A stretch of 64,000 nt of DNA, taken from NCBI GenBank assembly GCA_976226885.1, contig OZ320315.1, positions 67,146,001-67,210,000 of the forward strand, in the 5' to 3' direction. The notes below the pieces were generated by a model that was not told where the DNA came from, did no database searches, and worked only from the letters and a program-made list of their open reading frames with translations. The DNA comes from Iphione sp. A-MEVVRFRX5 (Eukaryota). This document shows positions 61,255 through 64,000 of the stretch, piece by piece. Both the position numbers and the translations under genes were made by a program. The stretch's first letter is position 1, and each line of letters opens with the position of its first letter.

Positions 61255-64000
61255 GATGAATGCATACCCTTCTGCCTGATCATCAGATTGTATCAGATTT
61301 CAATCCTTACAATGACTCAGCCTGTTAGAAGATTTATGACAAATCAAGTGCATGTATTGAACATTATAAACAATATATTATTCACATATCAGATTAATTC
61401 CAATATGAGGGGCAAATTATGATAATATTGATGGTTTTAAATGGTAGTAAGGATAAGAGATGATTTCTGATATGACAACAATAAAAACATTTTCCTTGTA
61501 TCTCTAAATGATGGTAAATGTATTGTTTTATGCTCGTGTTTCCAAATGGTGTTTACAAAAGTAACCACATTTTCACGCTATGTAAGAATTATGTCTTACA
61601 ACAGTTCTACATAGATGGCCTTTAGGAGGTATACTTTACAGAACATGACTATATAACCTGGGAGCAACTATATTAATCAGAGCACAAATTAGTCATAGTG
61701 ATAGCTTTAAATCTCTGATGTGTAATGCATGCAAAAGGATTCCTCGTTAGCCTTTCATGTTAATATGTATCTGTTGATGTTTAGATACTGGAGCTTGGTT
61801 ATATAACCAAATTAAAGCATAGCAAATCTTTGAGAAAAAGAGTGATAATGTGGATGATTTATTTCACTGTGTCCTTCCGAACATCTGTGATATCTCAAGC
61901 CAGTGCGCTTGAAGGGAATGGGTTAATTTAGTATGGGAGTGCACCAGATGTGGCAATGACAGTGCCTGAATATTGCCTTGTATGGCATAAACATTCCATT
62001 CTAATATAGGGGAATTAGAAATAATGTGTAACCAACTATGAACCTCTGTTTATAATAAGTCACCATTATACAGGCTATGACGAACGCAGTTTCAGGAATA
62101 CATAAATCCGTCGGTCCTTCTATCTTGTATCTTAGACGGTCCAAAACAAAGACAGCCCGTAACAAGTATCGAGGACATAAACCAGACACTGCCTCCCAGC
62201 AATCGTAGGAAACAGGAATACAGAGATGGACTGAACGTGATTTAGATCCAGCCGATGGCAATGATCCAGTATGAGATGGGTGTGCAATTGCTCAGAGTGG
62301 GCGGATGGGTAAGGCGGGTACGACTGACAGACAAGGAGTCACAACACAGCAGATCTTAGAAATGGTGGAACAATCGCATCCTGATCTAAGGGGTAGAATG
62401 AAAGAAGCAAGATAGGTTTTATGTTCAGCAAAGTAAAGTTTTATTTATCTTTGATAGTATACCGGAGGTCAGAAAGCCTGGTATGCACGCAAGTCTTGTA
62501 TGGCTCTTTACCCGTAACTAGGAATCTCTGTGGAAGTGGGTGATGATTCTTCTAATTTCAAATAAACACTGTAAGGAGCAAGGAAATAGACTTCCAAGAG
62601 AGTGCAGTCGGTCAATACATGTTATTGGGGGAAATCTGTAGATCACTATGTCAGAAATTGTTTCAGATTGGAGCTCACTTAGGTAAGACGAGTCTTGCGG
62701 AAGACATCCAGGACAACATCAGGTGATGTAAGCATGGGGGATGAACAGATGAAAATAGCCTAAGGCGATATACAGGTGATCTTTGAGAATGACAAACGAA
62801 ATGACACAGAACCCCTCTCACTTATCTCAGTGACATTGTCAAGTGACTACAGTTGACTAAAGGTCCTCGCATTGCGAGTAGACAAAGCATGCTGTTCAGG
62901 AGGTACGTATATAATAAAACCTAGAGATGCCATCTGGTGCTGGGTGCCCCACATCCTCTTATAATATATGTAGAAAGGGGCTAGACAGAGGGGGCAGAGA
63001 GGTATTACTCGACTACAAGGGGTCGCCAGTGGCCCCGCAGTATCTAGAGTCCTCACCTGCCCATCCATTCACCCACGACCCAATGGCCATATAGGGGTTG
63101 TCCTTTCTACCGGCCATTAAACACAGCTTCATTTCACGCTCCCAAAGCTCTGCGAGGACCTCTAGCGCTGGGTGTCAAAGCAAACAGATTTACAAACCTC
63201 CCAATGCTCCGTTGCTATGTTCGTTCCATACCGCCCTGCTCGTTTATTTATCTGTCCATTTAAAATATTGCTACACGGACGTTTCTCCTCTACTAAGGAG
63301 CACTAATATAACACTTCACCTTGTTTACCGGTAAAACGTTTGATGTAATCAGTGTAATACATTAGGGAGAAAGAGTTATCTTGGAGTGTGTTCCATGATA
63401 ATTACTCAGCATATAACGTTTTGCGGATTATTGGTTATAGAGAACTTCTTCAGGCAGCCTCCAGGAACGTTCGGTCAAAATTGTTGCAAAATTAATGTAC
63501 CACACACATCGAGTAGGCCCTCTTGTGAGAAGAAGAGAACAGTAAAATATTTCTTCAGAGGGGAGTTTGGAGCGTCCTGTTTCATAACAATAACAGACGG
63601 TTAATACAACCTTGGAGCGAATTGTCTGCTGCTACTGATTTTCATACGGTCCCCATAGACGTCTCATACTACATTCATTGTTTGTTCATTAATGTCTTGA
63701 AATGGTTATCATCATCATCGTATTGCGATTTCTAGGCAAACGGATTGTCGTTTCCACATTTAACATTCAAATTGCCGGCTTTTCGCGGAGCGATACCGGT
63801 ATGGCGTATATTAGACGCTTAACACGACTATAAGGACCTAAAGGTCATAATATGCAAATAAAACACGAATATACCAACGTAAATGTCATCTGCATTTTGA
63901 AATATCCGTCCTGTTGGATCGCCACTGGATGAAGTTACCATATATGGCCACGTGTGACCAAGGGCACCATTTATATGATATACTGACGTAGTTCCCTTTT

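Noticed and set aside
1-64000. Prokaryotic features (CRISPR arrays, operons, tRNA/rRNA, tRNA-derived SINE A/B boxes)
   Set aside because: None seen; intron/exon structure, microsatellites and eukaryotic retroelements indicate an animal genome.

Overview
Animal (metazoan, probably marine invertebrate) genomic DNA of moderate GC content, rich in transposons, with one 150-N gap (22715-22864). The main feature is an apparently intact three-ORF non-LTR retrotransposon of the CR1/L2 (Jockey) group at about 53.0-58.7 kb (+). Its ORF1 (497 aa) has a coiled coil, an RRM and a CTD like other LINE ORF1 proteins, but ends in a NADAR/YbiA-type (ADP-ribose/N-glycosidase) domain. A separate 199-aa middle ORF looks like a catalytically dead SGNH esterase fold and has a splice acceptor just before its ATG. 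ORF2 (926 aa) is an intact APE endonuclease plus reverse transcriptase, followed by AATAAA and an (ATTTCA)n tail. Also present are a 5'-truncated Neptune-type Penelope-like element (RT thumb + GIY-YIG, one premature stop) with a hammerhead-like motif, an old decayed CR1/L2 RT, decayed DIRS-like fragments, several MITEs and minisatellites. Scattered minus-strand exons suggest an unidentified host gene (poly-Pro/His/Gln exon, phase-consistent small exons, an isolated C2H2 finger). All domain calls come from motif recognition by eye, not from database searches.
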